Part shown: one piece after another, positions 49,670-61,389 of the stretch | Position numbering within the stretch: the stretch's first letter is position 1 | How the letters are laid out: each line of letters starts with the position of its first letter | Source: Octopus sinensis | Taxonomy: Eukaryota | Direction of reading: 5' to 3' | DNA: 64,000 nt | Assembly (NCBI RefSeq): GCF_006345805.1 | Contig: NC_043001.1 | Coordinates: 121,210,001-121,274,000 of the forward strand | Program-made: the position numbers and the translations under genes | Notes under the pieces: model-generated | The model's database searches: none | Seen by the model: only the letters and a program-made list of their open reading frames with translations | Told to the model about the DNA's origin: nothing

Positions 49670-51533
49670 CTAAGAAGAGGGGGCTGTGTTAAGTCCGTGT
49701 GGGGTAGTGGTTTGTAGGGTGAAGATGTAGCGTTGCTCCAAGTGGAGCCTAGAAAGTGGACGACCATTGTGGGGGGCGAGACCAAACACTGAGATGTCAT
49801 CTAGGGAATGGCTGGCCGAGCGGAAGTGGCGTGCGACGGGAGAAAAAGAGTGTAGGCGAACGTCCCTCAAATGTTCTGTGAATCGGTCAGACAACCGGCG
49901 TCCCGTCTGTCCTACATACAGCATCCCGCATAGGTTGCATTTAATGCAGTATATGAGGCCAGACGAGGTGCACGTAAAAGCGTGTCTAATACGTACAGTT
50001 CGCCGGTTGGAGCCGGTGACAGCAGTGGTGTTGGTGATGAAGGGGCAGGTGTTGCAGCGGGATCTAGAGCAAGGGAATGATCCGTGTGGGGCTGAGGGGG
50101 AAGGAGAGATGGTGCTGTGGACCAGGAGGTCGCGTAGATTCCGGACTCGTTTGAAGGAGGACAGGGGTGGGTTGGGGAAAATGGGGCGGGTTGTGGGATC
50201 GAGCTGGAGGCGACGGAAGGCACGTAGTATCTTCCGACGAAGGGGTAGAGTAGAGGGGTGGAAAAGGAGGGGGAAGGGGTGCGGTTGGGGGGTGGGTGAG
50301 AGGAAGGTGGTGCGGTCGATGCGACGGGCGCGGGCGAAGGCATTTGAGATGAGTATAGGTGGGTAACCTCGGAGTCTGAACAGGCGGGCCAGGTATTGAG
50401 ATTGGGTCTCGAAATCCTGGTCGCGGCTGCACAAACGTCGGAGGCGGAGGAAGTGGGAGTAGGGGATGGCTCGTTTGATGTGGAAGGGGTGGGAGGAGGA
50501 GAAGTTGAGATAGAGGTGGGAATCCGTGGGTTTAAAGAAGGCGGTGGTGGTGAGAGAATTGGAGGGGTGGTCGATTCGGAGAGAGATGTCAAGGAACTTG
50601 ACAGAGGTGTTGGAGATGGTTGAGGTGAATTGTAGAGAGGGGTGAAAGTTGGAAAGGAAAGAGATGAATTGGCAGAGAAGTTCACGGGAAAGGGAGGTGG
50701 CACCTATGCAGTCGTCTATATAGCGACCGTATAGTTCAGAGGTCGGCCCAGAGAATTGGGAGAATACTTGGACCTCGATGTAGCAAAGAAAGAGATTAGC
50801 GAAATTGGGGCCCATCCTAGTTCCCATCGCGACCCCGGAGACCTGTTGGTACGTTTCCCCGGCGAACGTGAAACAGTTGAGGGTGAAGACGAGCTCAGCC
50901 AGGCGGAGAAGGGTGGGGGTGCCAGGGGTGGGGTCGGGACGACGGTCGAGGAAGTGTTGGAGGGCTAGGAGACCGTCATTGTGGGGAATCACTGTGTACA
51001 GGGATTTTACATCTAAAGTGAAGAGGAGGTGTGAGGGGCTGGAAGGGAAGGAAAAGGAATTGAAGAGACGGAGGGCGTGGTTGGTGTCGTGTATGTGGGA
51101 TGGGAGGGCTGCGACTAAGGGGGACAGATTGCGGTCGAGGTAAAGGGAAATGTGTTCAGTGGGGCAATTACAGGCAGAGACTATGGGACGGCCAGGATTA
51201 TTGGGTTTATGGATCTTGGGAAGGAAGTAGATGGTGGAGGTGCGGGGTGTGCAGACGATGAGGTTGGTGGCGGTGGGGGGAGCAGAAGAGGAGATGAGGT
51301 CGCGGATGGTGAAGGACACTCGCTGTTGGTAGGAGGAGGTGGGATCGGAGGGGAGGAGGCGATAGAAGAGGAGATTTTGAAGCTGGCTGAGCGCTTCCTC
51401 CCTGTATAGATCCGCGCCCCACACCACCACTGCCCCGCCTTTGTCCGCCGGTTTGATGACAATGTCATTGCGGCGGCGGAGGTGGCGAAGGGCAATGGAT
51501 TCGGCCCGAGTGAGGTTGTCTCGGAGGGGTCGT
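49670..51533 (-). mobile_element. Penelope-like element ORF (RT plus GIY-YIG endonuclease), 5'-truncated
   Basis: Open frame from RPLRDNLT...IVIKPADKGGAVVVW, KIHKPNNPGRPIVS, LFTLDVKSLYTVIPH, GVAMGTRMGPNFANLF, GRYIDD and FFKPTDSHLYL to CTSSGLIYCIKCNLCGMLYVGQTGRRLSDRFTEH...PVARHF...GLN. A CxxC between the GIY and YIG halves suggests the Neptune group. Confidence 0.95.
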
Positions 51534-51689
51534 ATGCATAATAATAATAATAATAATATTAATAGTCGTAGTAGTAGTAGTAGTAATAGTAGATGACATT
51601 GTATCTAGTAGTAATAATAATAATGATAAAATTAATAATAAAAATAATAATAATAATAGTAATAGTAATTATAATAATTATTGTTTTGT

Positions 51690-52075
51690 CTTGGTATAAA
51701 AGATGGGCTACAGCAAATATTTTGCTCAAGAAGTAGTGGGGGAGCATCATAGCCATGTGTTGAGAGGGATTCTTTGGGGTTTGAATAATTCACCTCTGGA
51801 AACATGGGTGGTTCTTTCAACATCCTTAAACAAGCCTTATTCAGGGACCTTTTGAGCGGGATGGGTTACTCGACCCGAAGAAAATTCTAACTGGGCCCCA
51901 CCTGCAAGGTCATGTGCTGTTTATCTTGATATGAGATCACCATGTCGCGCACATATGGTTGTGATGCATGTGCCTGGTGTAACCTTATCAGACGGGTAGT
52001 CATGATGGGTATACTGGACTTCGTATATTTTACCCCAGTGTCACTTTGATGGCATGCACAGCTCTCTCACTCAAT
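51690..52075 (+). mobile_element. Unidentified ~390-bp interspersed-repeat-like element ending in (AAT)n
   Basis: A non-repetitive island inside the microsatellite, ending ...gcatgcacagctctctcactc then aataataataat. It has no ORF. It may be a retroposon 3' end; the family is unknown. Confidence 0.45.
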
Positions 52076-52193
52076 AATAATAATAGTAGTAGTAGTAGAG
52101 TAGTAGTAGTAGTTGTAGTTGTAGTAGTTGTACTACTACTACTATTAGTATTACTATTACTGTGAATATTTCTATTACTAATACTATTACTGT

Positions 52194-52227
<34 letters not shown>

Positions 52228-52234
52228 GCTGCTG

Positions 52235-52270
<36 letters not shown>

Positions 52271-52346
52271 TTATTATTATCATTATTATTATTATTATTA
52301 CTATTATTATTATCATTATTATTCTTATTATCATTACTATTACTGT

Positions 52347-52382
<36 letters not shown>

Positions 52383-52467
52383 AACTACTACAACTGCTGC
52401 TACTTCTACTACTACTACTACTACTACTACTATTATTAATATTATAATAATAATAATAATAATTATT

Positions 52468-52501
<34 letters not shown>

Positions 52502-52565
52502 CTATTACTATTACAATTACTAATACTATTACTATTACTACTACTACTAACTACTACTACTACTA

Positions 52566-52596
<31 letters not shown>

Positions 52597-52750
52597 TTAT
52601 TATTATTATTATTAATATTTCTATTAATATTAATAATAATAATATTAATAATCATAATAATAATAATAACAATAATAATAGTAGTAGTAGTAGTAGTAGT
52701 ACTAGTAGTAGTAGTAGAAGTAGCAGCCGTTGTAGTAGTAGTGGTCATAA

Positions 52751-52806
<56 letters not shown>

Positions 52807-53208
52807 ATAATAATAATAATTATAATAACTATTATAATAATGATAGTAGTAGTAGTAGTAAAGGTAGTAGTAGTAATAATAATAATAATAATAATGATAA
52901 AGATAATGATAATGATAATAATGTTAATAATATTTAAAAAATTAATATTATTATTATTATTAGTAGTAGTAGTACTACTACAACAACTACTACTACTATT
53001 AATATTATTATTATTATTATTACTATTATTATTATCATTCTCATTCTCATTATCATTATTATTATTATCATTATTACAATTACTATTACTACTACTACTA
53101 TTACTACTACTATTATTATTATTGTTATTATGATTATTAATATTATTATTATTAAAATTAATAGAAATATTAATAATTATAATGATAATAATAATAATGA
53201 TAATAGTG

Positions 53209-53247
<39 letters not shown>

Positions 53248-53274
53248 TAGTAGTAGTAGTAGTAGCAGTAGTAC

Positions 53275-53306
<32 letters not shown>

Positions 53307-53483
53307 ATAGTAATAGTAATGATAATAATAATAATAAGAATTATAATAATAATAATAGTAGTAGTAGTAGTAGTTGTAGCAGTAGCGGTAGTAGTTGTAG
53401 TAGTATTAGTAGTAACAGTAATAGTAATTGAAATATTACTAGTAATAGTAATAGTAGTTGTTGTAGTAGTAGTAGTAGTAGTA

Positions 53484-53517
<34 letters not shown>

Positions 53518-53542
53518 TTATTGTTACTATTATTATTATTAT
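52075..53542. repeat. Compound (AAT/AGT)n tract with several strand switches
   Basis: Seen directly. It includes a 47-bp inverted pair at 52614-52660 and 53125-53171. Confidence 0.95.
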
Positions 53543-56500
53543 TTTCAGTAGTTTTATTTTTATAGCGTGCTTTCACTTCACTACCGAGCGCAGCTCTGTG
53601 TGCCTTGGGTATGTGCTGTGATTTGTTGTGATGCTCTGATGGTTATTGTATGGAAAGTGTTCTGCGTAGGATGTGTGCAGTGCCTAGTAGTGCAATTTTC
53701 TGTATGTTATATGTGTTTGTAAGTCCTGGTGTTTTTGTTATGTATTTGTCTGATTATTTTTTTATCATGCCTAATGCACCTACTATGATAGGAATTGTTT
53801 CTGTTTTCAGATTCCACATTCTAGTTACCTCTATTTCCAGGTCTTTGTATTTTGAGAGTTTCTCCATTTCTTTTAGAGACACGTTGTCATCTGCCGGTAT
53901 TGTTACATCAATTAGAAAGAATTTTTTTCTTCATGATCTCTGACAACTATATCTGGTCTGTTGGCCTTAATTTCTCTATCTGTGTGCATCGGCATATCCC
54001 AGAGTATGGTTGCTTTCTCGTTTTCTGTGACCTTTTCTGGTGTGTGCCTATACCATCTTTTTTCTGTTGTTATTCCATAATGTTGGCATAGCTTCCAATG
54101 TATGTAAGTTCCAACTCTGTCATGTCTGTGAATATATTCCTTCTTAGCCAGGACTGGGCAGCTAGAGATAATATGATTTATTGTTTCTTGTCCATCTCCA
54201 CATATTCTGCAGTTACTTGTAATATTTCTTTTCATTACATGTTTTTGGTAATTTCTGGTGGGGAGGCTTTGGTCTTGTGCTGCAATTAAATATCCCTCTG
54301 TCTCTGCTTTGAGTCTTGAGCTTCTCAGCCATTGCTGGGATTTTTCTTTGTCTATTTCTTTTGCGTTTAGTTTAGTCCAGTATTTACCATGAAGGGGCTT
54401 TTCTTGCCATCGTTTTATCATGGTTCGTTGCTGTTCTATTTTTAGTTTGGATTTCATTTGTTTTATAGTTTTTGTTGTTTCTTCATCTTCTTCTTTTTGA
54501 TATTTATTAGGTGGTATGATTTCTTGTTTGTATTTGTCAGCTTCCTTAAATACTGAGAACAGTTTTTTGTTTTGCTCGTGTTTTGCCGCTATTTGTATCA
54601 GTTTTCCTTCCTTCTGAAGTAGATATTTTTGCAGGCCTATGGTGGTTATTTTATAGTAGTTTTCCAGCTGTATAAGGCCTCTACCACCTTCTATACGTTG
54701 TATATATAGTCTCTCTATGTCAGATTTTGGGTGATGCATCCTAGATCCTGTCATTATTTTTTTTGTTTTCCTATCTATTTTGGTCAGTTCATTTAGTGTC
54801 CAGTTAAGGATATTGTAGCTGTAACTTATAACTGGGACAGCTAAAGTGTTAATACCTTATCTTGTTTTTAGCATTGAGCTCTGTTTTTAGTATTGATCTA
54901 ACTCGTCTATAATATTCTTTTTTTATTTTCTCTTTCATTTGTGTGTGTTGTGTCTTATCTAGTTCATGGATTCCTAAGTATTTGTAAGTTTGGCTTTGGT
55001 CTAATTCTTTTATTTCATTGGTTTTATCTAGTGAGATGTTGCTACTCTTAACTAGTTTTCCTCTTTTCATGGTTACTTTGGCGCATTTTTCTAATCCAAA
55101 TTTCATATCTATTTCTTTGGTAAATCCATGAACTGTCTTTAATAGTGTTTCCAGCTGTTTGTCATTTGCAGCGTATAGCTTTAGGTCATCCATATATAAA
55201 AGGTGGCTGATCGTTTTGCCGTAACATTTATATCCGCATCCAGTTCTATTTAGTATATCAGATAGAGGTGACAGTGCCAAGCAGAAAAGGAGTGGAGAAA
55301 GCGTGTCTCCCTGGAATATTCCTCTTCTAATGGGGATAGCTTTGGTTTTCATGAGTCCCTCTTTTGTTTGTAGCTGTAGCACTGTTTGCCATTTATTCAT
55401 AGAGTGCCCTATGAATTTTATAATCGTTGGTGCTACTTTGTTAATGGCTAGTGTTTCGAGGATCCATGTGTGGGGGATGCTGTCAAACGCCTTTTTGTAG
55501 TCAATCCAGGCCATACTGAGGCCTTTCTTCTTTCTGTGGCTGTCTTCAGTTATGGCTTTATTAATCATTAGTTGATCTTTACAGCCATATGAGCCTTTGC
55601 GGCATCCTTTCTGCTCTTCTGGGAACAGTTTGTTTTCGTCCAGGTGCTTGTTAAGCCTTTGTGATATCACTGCGGTAAATGCCTTGAACATAGTAGGGAG
55701 GCAGGTTATTGGTCTGTAGTTTTCTGGTTTTGCTGTCTCATTTGATTTGGGAATTAAAATGGTTTTCCCCTTCGTGAGCCATTCGGGCATTGTCTCTGGC
55801 TCTGCTAGTATGTTGTTAAAGTTTTCAGCCAGCTTTTTGTGCATTCCTGTTAGATATTTCAACCAGAAGTTGAGGATCTTGTCATGCCCAGGTGCCTTCC
55901 AGTTGCTTAGTCTTTGCAGTGCCTTGGTGACCTCTTCAGTTGTTATGGGGGTCCAAAGTTGCTCAGATGCTGAGTTTGTTGTTTTAATACTCCTTTTTGG
56001 TTTTGGTTGTTCGTTCGCCGACCATATTTCTCTCCAGAATTCTTCCACGTCTTCTGCCGTTGGTGCTGCAGTGATTTCTATTTTATTTTTGCCAAGTTCT
56101 TGGTAGAACTTTTTGGGATTGGAGTTGAACTTTTTGTTTTGTTCAAAGAAGCGCTGGCGTTTCTCGTACCGGCGGATCATTTGTGCTTTGGCAAGGATAT
56201 CTTGATTAAGCTTTTCTTTTATCTCAGGTAAATCTTTTTCTGTGATGTTATATTTGTGGAGTATTTTTGTTTTCTTATTGCTGCTCAGTAGCGTTGATTC
56301 TTTGCTGATTTCATTAAGAATCGACAGATCTTTTCTCATATTTTGTATTTTGTTTTGGATGTTATTTATCCACAGGGTTTGTTTGGGTGGTGGTACTCCT
56401 GTTTGGATGGGTTTGAGTGAGTATCCAGCTTCTTTTGTGGCTGCAGTGGCTGCTGCGTATACTAAGTCATTTAGCTCAGTGATATCGCTTTTTGTTTCAG

Positions 56501-57668
56501 TGGCTATTAGTTCTGTGACGGCTAGGTTTATGCTGTTTATAATTGGTGTTGTTGTTTCGTCTAATTTGATTCTTGGGAGGTATGGTCGGTGGTCCATTTT
56601 GAGCTCTGTGGTTTTCAGTTCTTTGATTATTTTACTTATTATATTATCATAATCATTAGGCTCCCCTTCGTTGTTTCCAGGTTTTAGCTTTGTGTCGCTT
56701 TCTTTCTTATTTATATGTTTGTTTGCCGTGTTTTGGCTTATTGTTTGTCGTGTATTATTATGCATCCTTACGGTCTAGGTTTGTTGTTTTTTTGTTTACA
56801 TCGTGTTTGTTGGGAATGTTACGTTTGTCTTCGTGTTTTACTGTTTCAGTGTTTATATTATTGGGCATTGTTGTGTGGCTTCTATCTACATTTTCCTGGT
56901 GTATTTTTTCTTTTAGATGTTCTATTTCTATTTCTGATATTTTTTTTGTGTTGAGAATGTATCTTCGTACGTTAGCTAATTTATTAGGGTTCATTGCTGT
57001 ATCCAAGTTTATATTTATGTTATTTTTTTTCCATATTTTATATGTATGTGTTGTTGTGTTTTCATTTTTGGGGTAGAGCACTGTTGTGAAGTATGCGTGT
57101 AGATAGAAATGTATTCCTCACATGTCCATTTATGTCTTTTGAGTTTTATTTGCGGGACATGAGGAACAACGTCCGGCCCATTATTTTGACGGTTGTCATT
57201 TTCGTAGGGTACCAGTCCGTTCATTTCTGTTGTCACATTGTTTTGCACGTGTAGTTTTTCGTACATTTTGTGTTGTAAGTTTAAAGTACGTACCTCTCGA
57301 TTGTTATTCTTGGGTTGAATAATATCGGTGACATTTAATTTCTTCGTAGTTCCTTTGTACATGGTGTTTGGGGTCGGGGATTATCTGGTGTTGATGGATC
57401 GTAATGTTCCACGCATGTTTACATGTGTTGTGTTAGAGATGGAGATGATATCGAGTGAAAATACATCATTTCGTTTCAAAAATAGTAATAAATTTCAATT
57501 AGTATTATTTACTCGGATACAGTCCAATCCTTTGTTAGTAAATCTTTGGATCCATACGATGTCCTTGTTTTCGATGTTTGTGGATAGATTTCGGAGCTCT
57601 GTTTTATCCTTCTTACATCTTAAACGTCCCTCGGTGTATCTCCCGTCCCCCGGTGTATCTCCGGTGTA
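53543..57668 (-). mobile_element. Near full-length R4/Dong-clade non-LTR retrotransposon (RT, CCHC, restriction-like endonuclease), frameshifted
   Basis: N-terminus RHKWT.EEY...MNPNKLANVRRYIL. RT motifs NYRPITCL, EQKGCRKG, WIDYKKAFDSIPH, RGIFQGDTLSPLLF, HLLYMDDLKLY and KYLGI. Then RWQEKPLHG, CRICGDGQETINHIISSC and the RLE RPDIVV...LIDVSIP...KEMEKLSKYKDL. Four frameshifts near 57080, 56760, 54850 and 53925. (TAA)n lies on both sides. Confidence 0.92.
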
Positions 57669-57688
57669 TTATTATTATTATTATTATT

Positions 57689-57722
<34 letters not shown>

Positions 57723-57725
57723 CAT

Positions 57726-57758
<33 letters not shown>

Positions 57759-57901
57759 TATTATTATTATTATTATCATTATTATTATTATTATTAATAT
57801 TATTATTAATATTATTATTATTATATTATTGTTGTTGTTGTTGTTGTTGTTATTATTATTAATATTATCATCATTATCTTTATTATTATTATTATTGTTA
57901 A

Positions 57902-57934
<33 letters not shown>

Positions 57935-58125
57935 CATTATTATTAATATTCTTCTTCTTCTTCTTATTATTATGATCATTATCATTATTATTATTTTTAT
58001 TATTATTATTTATATTATTATTATTATCATTATTATTATCATTATTATTATTCATATTATTATTATTATCATTATTATTATTATCATTATTATTATTATT
58101 ATTATTATTATCATTATTTTTTATT

Positions 58126-58160
<35 letters not shown>

Positions 58161-58171
58161 AATTATTATTA

Positions 58172-58222
<51 letters not shown>

Positions 58223-58362
58223 ATTATTATTATTATTATTATTATAATAATAATAATATAATAATAATATTCTTCTTATTATTATTGTCATTATCATTAT
58301 TATTACCATTATTATTATTATTAATATTATTATTATTATTAGCATTATTATTATTATCATTT

Positions 58363-58405
<43 letters not shown>

Positions 58406-58547
58406 AATTATTATTATTGTTGTTATTTATATTATTATTATTGTTTTTATTATTATTATTATCATTATTATTATTAATATTAATATTATTATTATTAATA
58501 TTTATATTATTATTATTATTATTATTATTATCATTATTATTTTTATC

Positions 58548-58580
<33 letters not shown>

Positions 58581-58619
58581 TTTATTATTTTTATTATTAT
58601 TACCATTATTATTATTGTC

Positions 58620-58652
<33 letters not shown>

Positions 58653-58711
58653 TTGTTATTATTATTATTATTATTAATTTTATCATTATTATTATTATTA
58701 TCATTCTTAGT

Positions 58712-58742
<31 letters not shown>

Positions 58743-58759
58743 TTATCATTATTATTATC

Positions 58760-58794
<35 letters not shown>

Positions 58795-58841
58795 CATTAT
58801 AATTATCGTTATTGATATTATTATTATTATCATTATCAATA

Positions 58842-58873
<32 letters not shown>

Positions 58874-58913
58874 TTCATCATTATTATGTTTATTATTATC
58901 ATCATTATTATTT

Positions 58914-58959
<46 letters not shown>

Positions 58960-58963
58960 CATT

Positions 58964-59016
<53 letters not shown>

Positions 59017-59202
59017 CATTATTATTATTATCATTATCATTATTATTATTCATTATTATTATTATTATTATTACCATTATTATTATTTTTCTTATCATTA
59101 TTATTATTATTATTAATATTATTATTATTTATATCATTATTATTATTATTGATATTATTATTATTATTTATATTATTATTATTAGTATTATTATTATTAT
59201 AA
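57669..59202. repeat. (TTA/TCA)n compound microsatellite
   Basis: Seen directly. Confidence 0.95.
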
Positions 59203-59417
59203 TTGTTTCAAATGTTGTCAGAAGGGTAGCTTGGGGGAAGTGCGGATGAGTCGATTGCATCGACCCCAGTGTTCAACTGGTACTTATTTTATCAACCTTG
59301 AAAGGATGAAAGGCAAAGATGACCTCGGTGTAATTTGAACTCAGGACGTAAAGACGGACGAAATGCATCTAAACATTTTGGCTAGCGTGCTAACGTTTCT
59401 GCCAGATCACCACCTTG

Positions 59418-59469
<52 letters not shown>

Positions 59470-59912
59470 GTGTTCCAAATTTTTCCACAGGGGTAGCCAT
59501 TTTGAGGTAGGGGATGAGTCGATTTTATCGACTCCAATGTTTCACAGTTAATTAATTTATAGACCCGGAATGGATGAAAAGCAAAGTCGACCTTGGCGGA
59601 ATTTGAACTCAGAACGTAGCGATGGGCAAAAATACCAATGAACATCTCGTCAAACGTTCTAACAATTCTGCCAGCTCGCCCCCTTAATAATAATAATGAT
59701 GACGATTTTAAATTTTTGCCACAAGGGCAGCTTGGGGGAGGAGATTAAGTCGTTTACATCGACTCCAGTACGTAACTGGTATTTATTTTATCGACACGAA
59801 AAGATGGAAGGTAAAGTCGACCTCGGCAGAATTTGAACCCAGACCGTAAAGACGGACGAAATGCCACTAAACATTTTATCCGGCGTGCTAACGATTCTGC
59901 CAGCTCACCACC

Positions 59913-59913
<1 letters not shown>
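59203..59913 (-). mobile_element. Three head-to-tail SINE family B copies (59203-59416, 59469-59685, 59706-59913) separated by (TAA)n
   Basis: Each reads ggtgagctggcagaa...gttagcacg...gagttcaaattccgccgaggtcgactttgcc(t)ttcatcc...gataaaataagtaccag on the minus strand, with an (ATT)n tail. Confidence 0.88.
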
Positions 59914-59945
<32 letters not shown>

Positions 59946-59958
59946 TATAATTAATAAA

Positions 59959-60010
<52 letters not shown>

Positions 60011-61052
60011 GTTTAGTAAACAGTACAAATATTCGTCGTTTTTGTAAAGTAAGACGTCTTTCTATAATTTGTCAGACAGAACAAAGTAATGCAATTGACA
60101 CAAGTTTTATGTCGAGAAGTAGAAGGGATACGAACAGTAACAACAACAACAGCAGCAGCAGAAACTACAGGCACATTACAATAACAATTACCGCAATGGC
60201 AGTAATAGAAACAACAACAACAACAACAATATCAACAACATTGCAACAACAACAGCGGCGATAAAATGATGAGGAACAAAAGAAAATGTCCGCCATTGTG
60301 TTCCGATTTCTTAATGGATTTAAGAAAGTATTGTCATGGTAACTGCACCATGTTGTAGTAACGTACGTGTGTTTGAGTATTGGTGTGAATGAGTGTATGT
60401 GTGTTTTATGTAAGAGTGTATGTAGCGTGTTTATGTGTAGGTGTGTCATGTACATGTGTGTGTATATGTGTGCAGATATATGTGTGTGTGTGTGTATATA
60501 TGTGCAGATGTATGTGTGTGTGCATATGAAGGCGCATACAGACCTGTGAGCATAGGTGTATGCATGTGTTACCTTATTGTGTGTGTGTGTGTGTGTAGGC
60601 GTGTGCTGATCTATATGTGTATGTTAATGGATATGTATATTGTGTATGTGTCTGTCTGTGAGGGGATGACGTAGTGTTTGTTTATTTTATGTTTTTGTAA
60701 AGCAAAACTGTTTTAACATTTGTAAAATTTTAATTTGTTGTTTTTTCCATCATTATTGCTGATATTATTGCTTTTTCTGTTAAAGTGTTTTCAATGTTTT
60801 GACATTATTGACTATGTGTGTGTGTGTGTGTATTTGTTATTATTGCTGATATAGCTCATATGGTTGTTATTATTGTTGCATTATTTCTGCTGTCATTGGT
60901 AGTGTAGCGTGGCAATTTCAGCCTTTTTGAAATATGACCATAGCGATTGTTAATATCTTGACTGTGTGAAGGGCAAGGCAGAAATGATCTCATTTGAGGT
61001 TACAACCATCTTTGGTCAACTTGTTCTTGTTCTAAACACTAACTTGATTGGC

Positions 61053-61308
61053 TGACATGTGACACGAGGGTCCCTACGAAGTCCGCGCCACTGATGCACA
61101 CATGACGCGAATTGTCTCGACTTATTTCGCGCCACTGGTTGACATGTGACACGAGGGTCCCTACGAAGTCCGCGCCACTGATGCACACATGACGCGAATT
61201 GTCTCGACTTATTTCGCGCCACTGGTTGACATGTGACACGAGGGTCCCTACGAAGTCCGCGCCACTGATGGACACGTGACGCGAATTGTCTCGACTTATT
61301 TCGCGCCA
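61053..61308 (+). repeat. Three near-identical 87-bp tandem repeats in the LTR U3 region
   Basis: tgacatgtgacacgaggg starts at 61053, 61140 and 61227. Each unit carries TTTCGCGC. Confidence 0.95.
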
Positions 61309-61322
61309 TAATTGCGAATCAG

Positions 61323-61389
61323 CCAATCAAGACTTTCGGTTAAAATTCCATTTTCTGGAGTTCGGTGAGCCAACCGAAGAGTATATAAA
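61323..61389 (+). promoter_or_regulatory. CCAAT box plus TATA box, putative LTR Pol II promoter
   Basis: agCCAATc at 61323-61327 lies ~55 bp upstream of TATATAAA. An inverted ATTGG is at 61047-61051. Confidence 0.6.

Larger units (their letters stand above)
46745..49670. repeat. Degenerate (GT/CA)n-rich tract with GC-rich unique islands, probably the Penelope 3' UTR
   Basis: Mixed GTGT/GTAT repeats with islands at ~46800-46960, 47150-47340 and 48355-48495. It lies between the Penelope stop codon and the hammerhead-like motif. Confidence 0.8.

Noticed and set aside
49767-51495. Alternative-frame and antisense ORFs over the Penelope element (for example 263 aa Pro/Ser-rich)
   Set aside because: They are shadow ORFs caused by GC-rich codon bias of the real RT frame.
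38413-59645. Dozens of poly-I/L/N/T/V/Y and HT/CV-rich ORFs
   Set aside because: They are translations of trinucleotide and dinucleotide microsatellites with no domain content or splice structure.
60110-60300. AAC/CAG-rich stretch as a polyQ/polyN exon
   Set aside because: The frame closes after ~50 codons, there is no convincing splice context, and it lies among microsatellites.
61088-61120. ctgatg...cgaa in the 87-bp repeats as a hammerhead
   Set aside because: The core reads CUGAUGC and GAAU, lacking the required A9 and GAAA, and there is no stem II.
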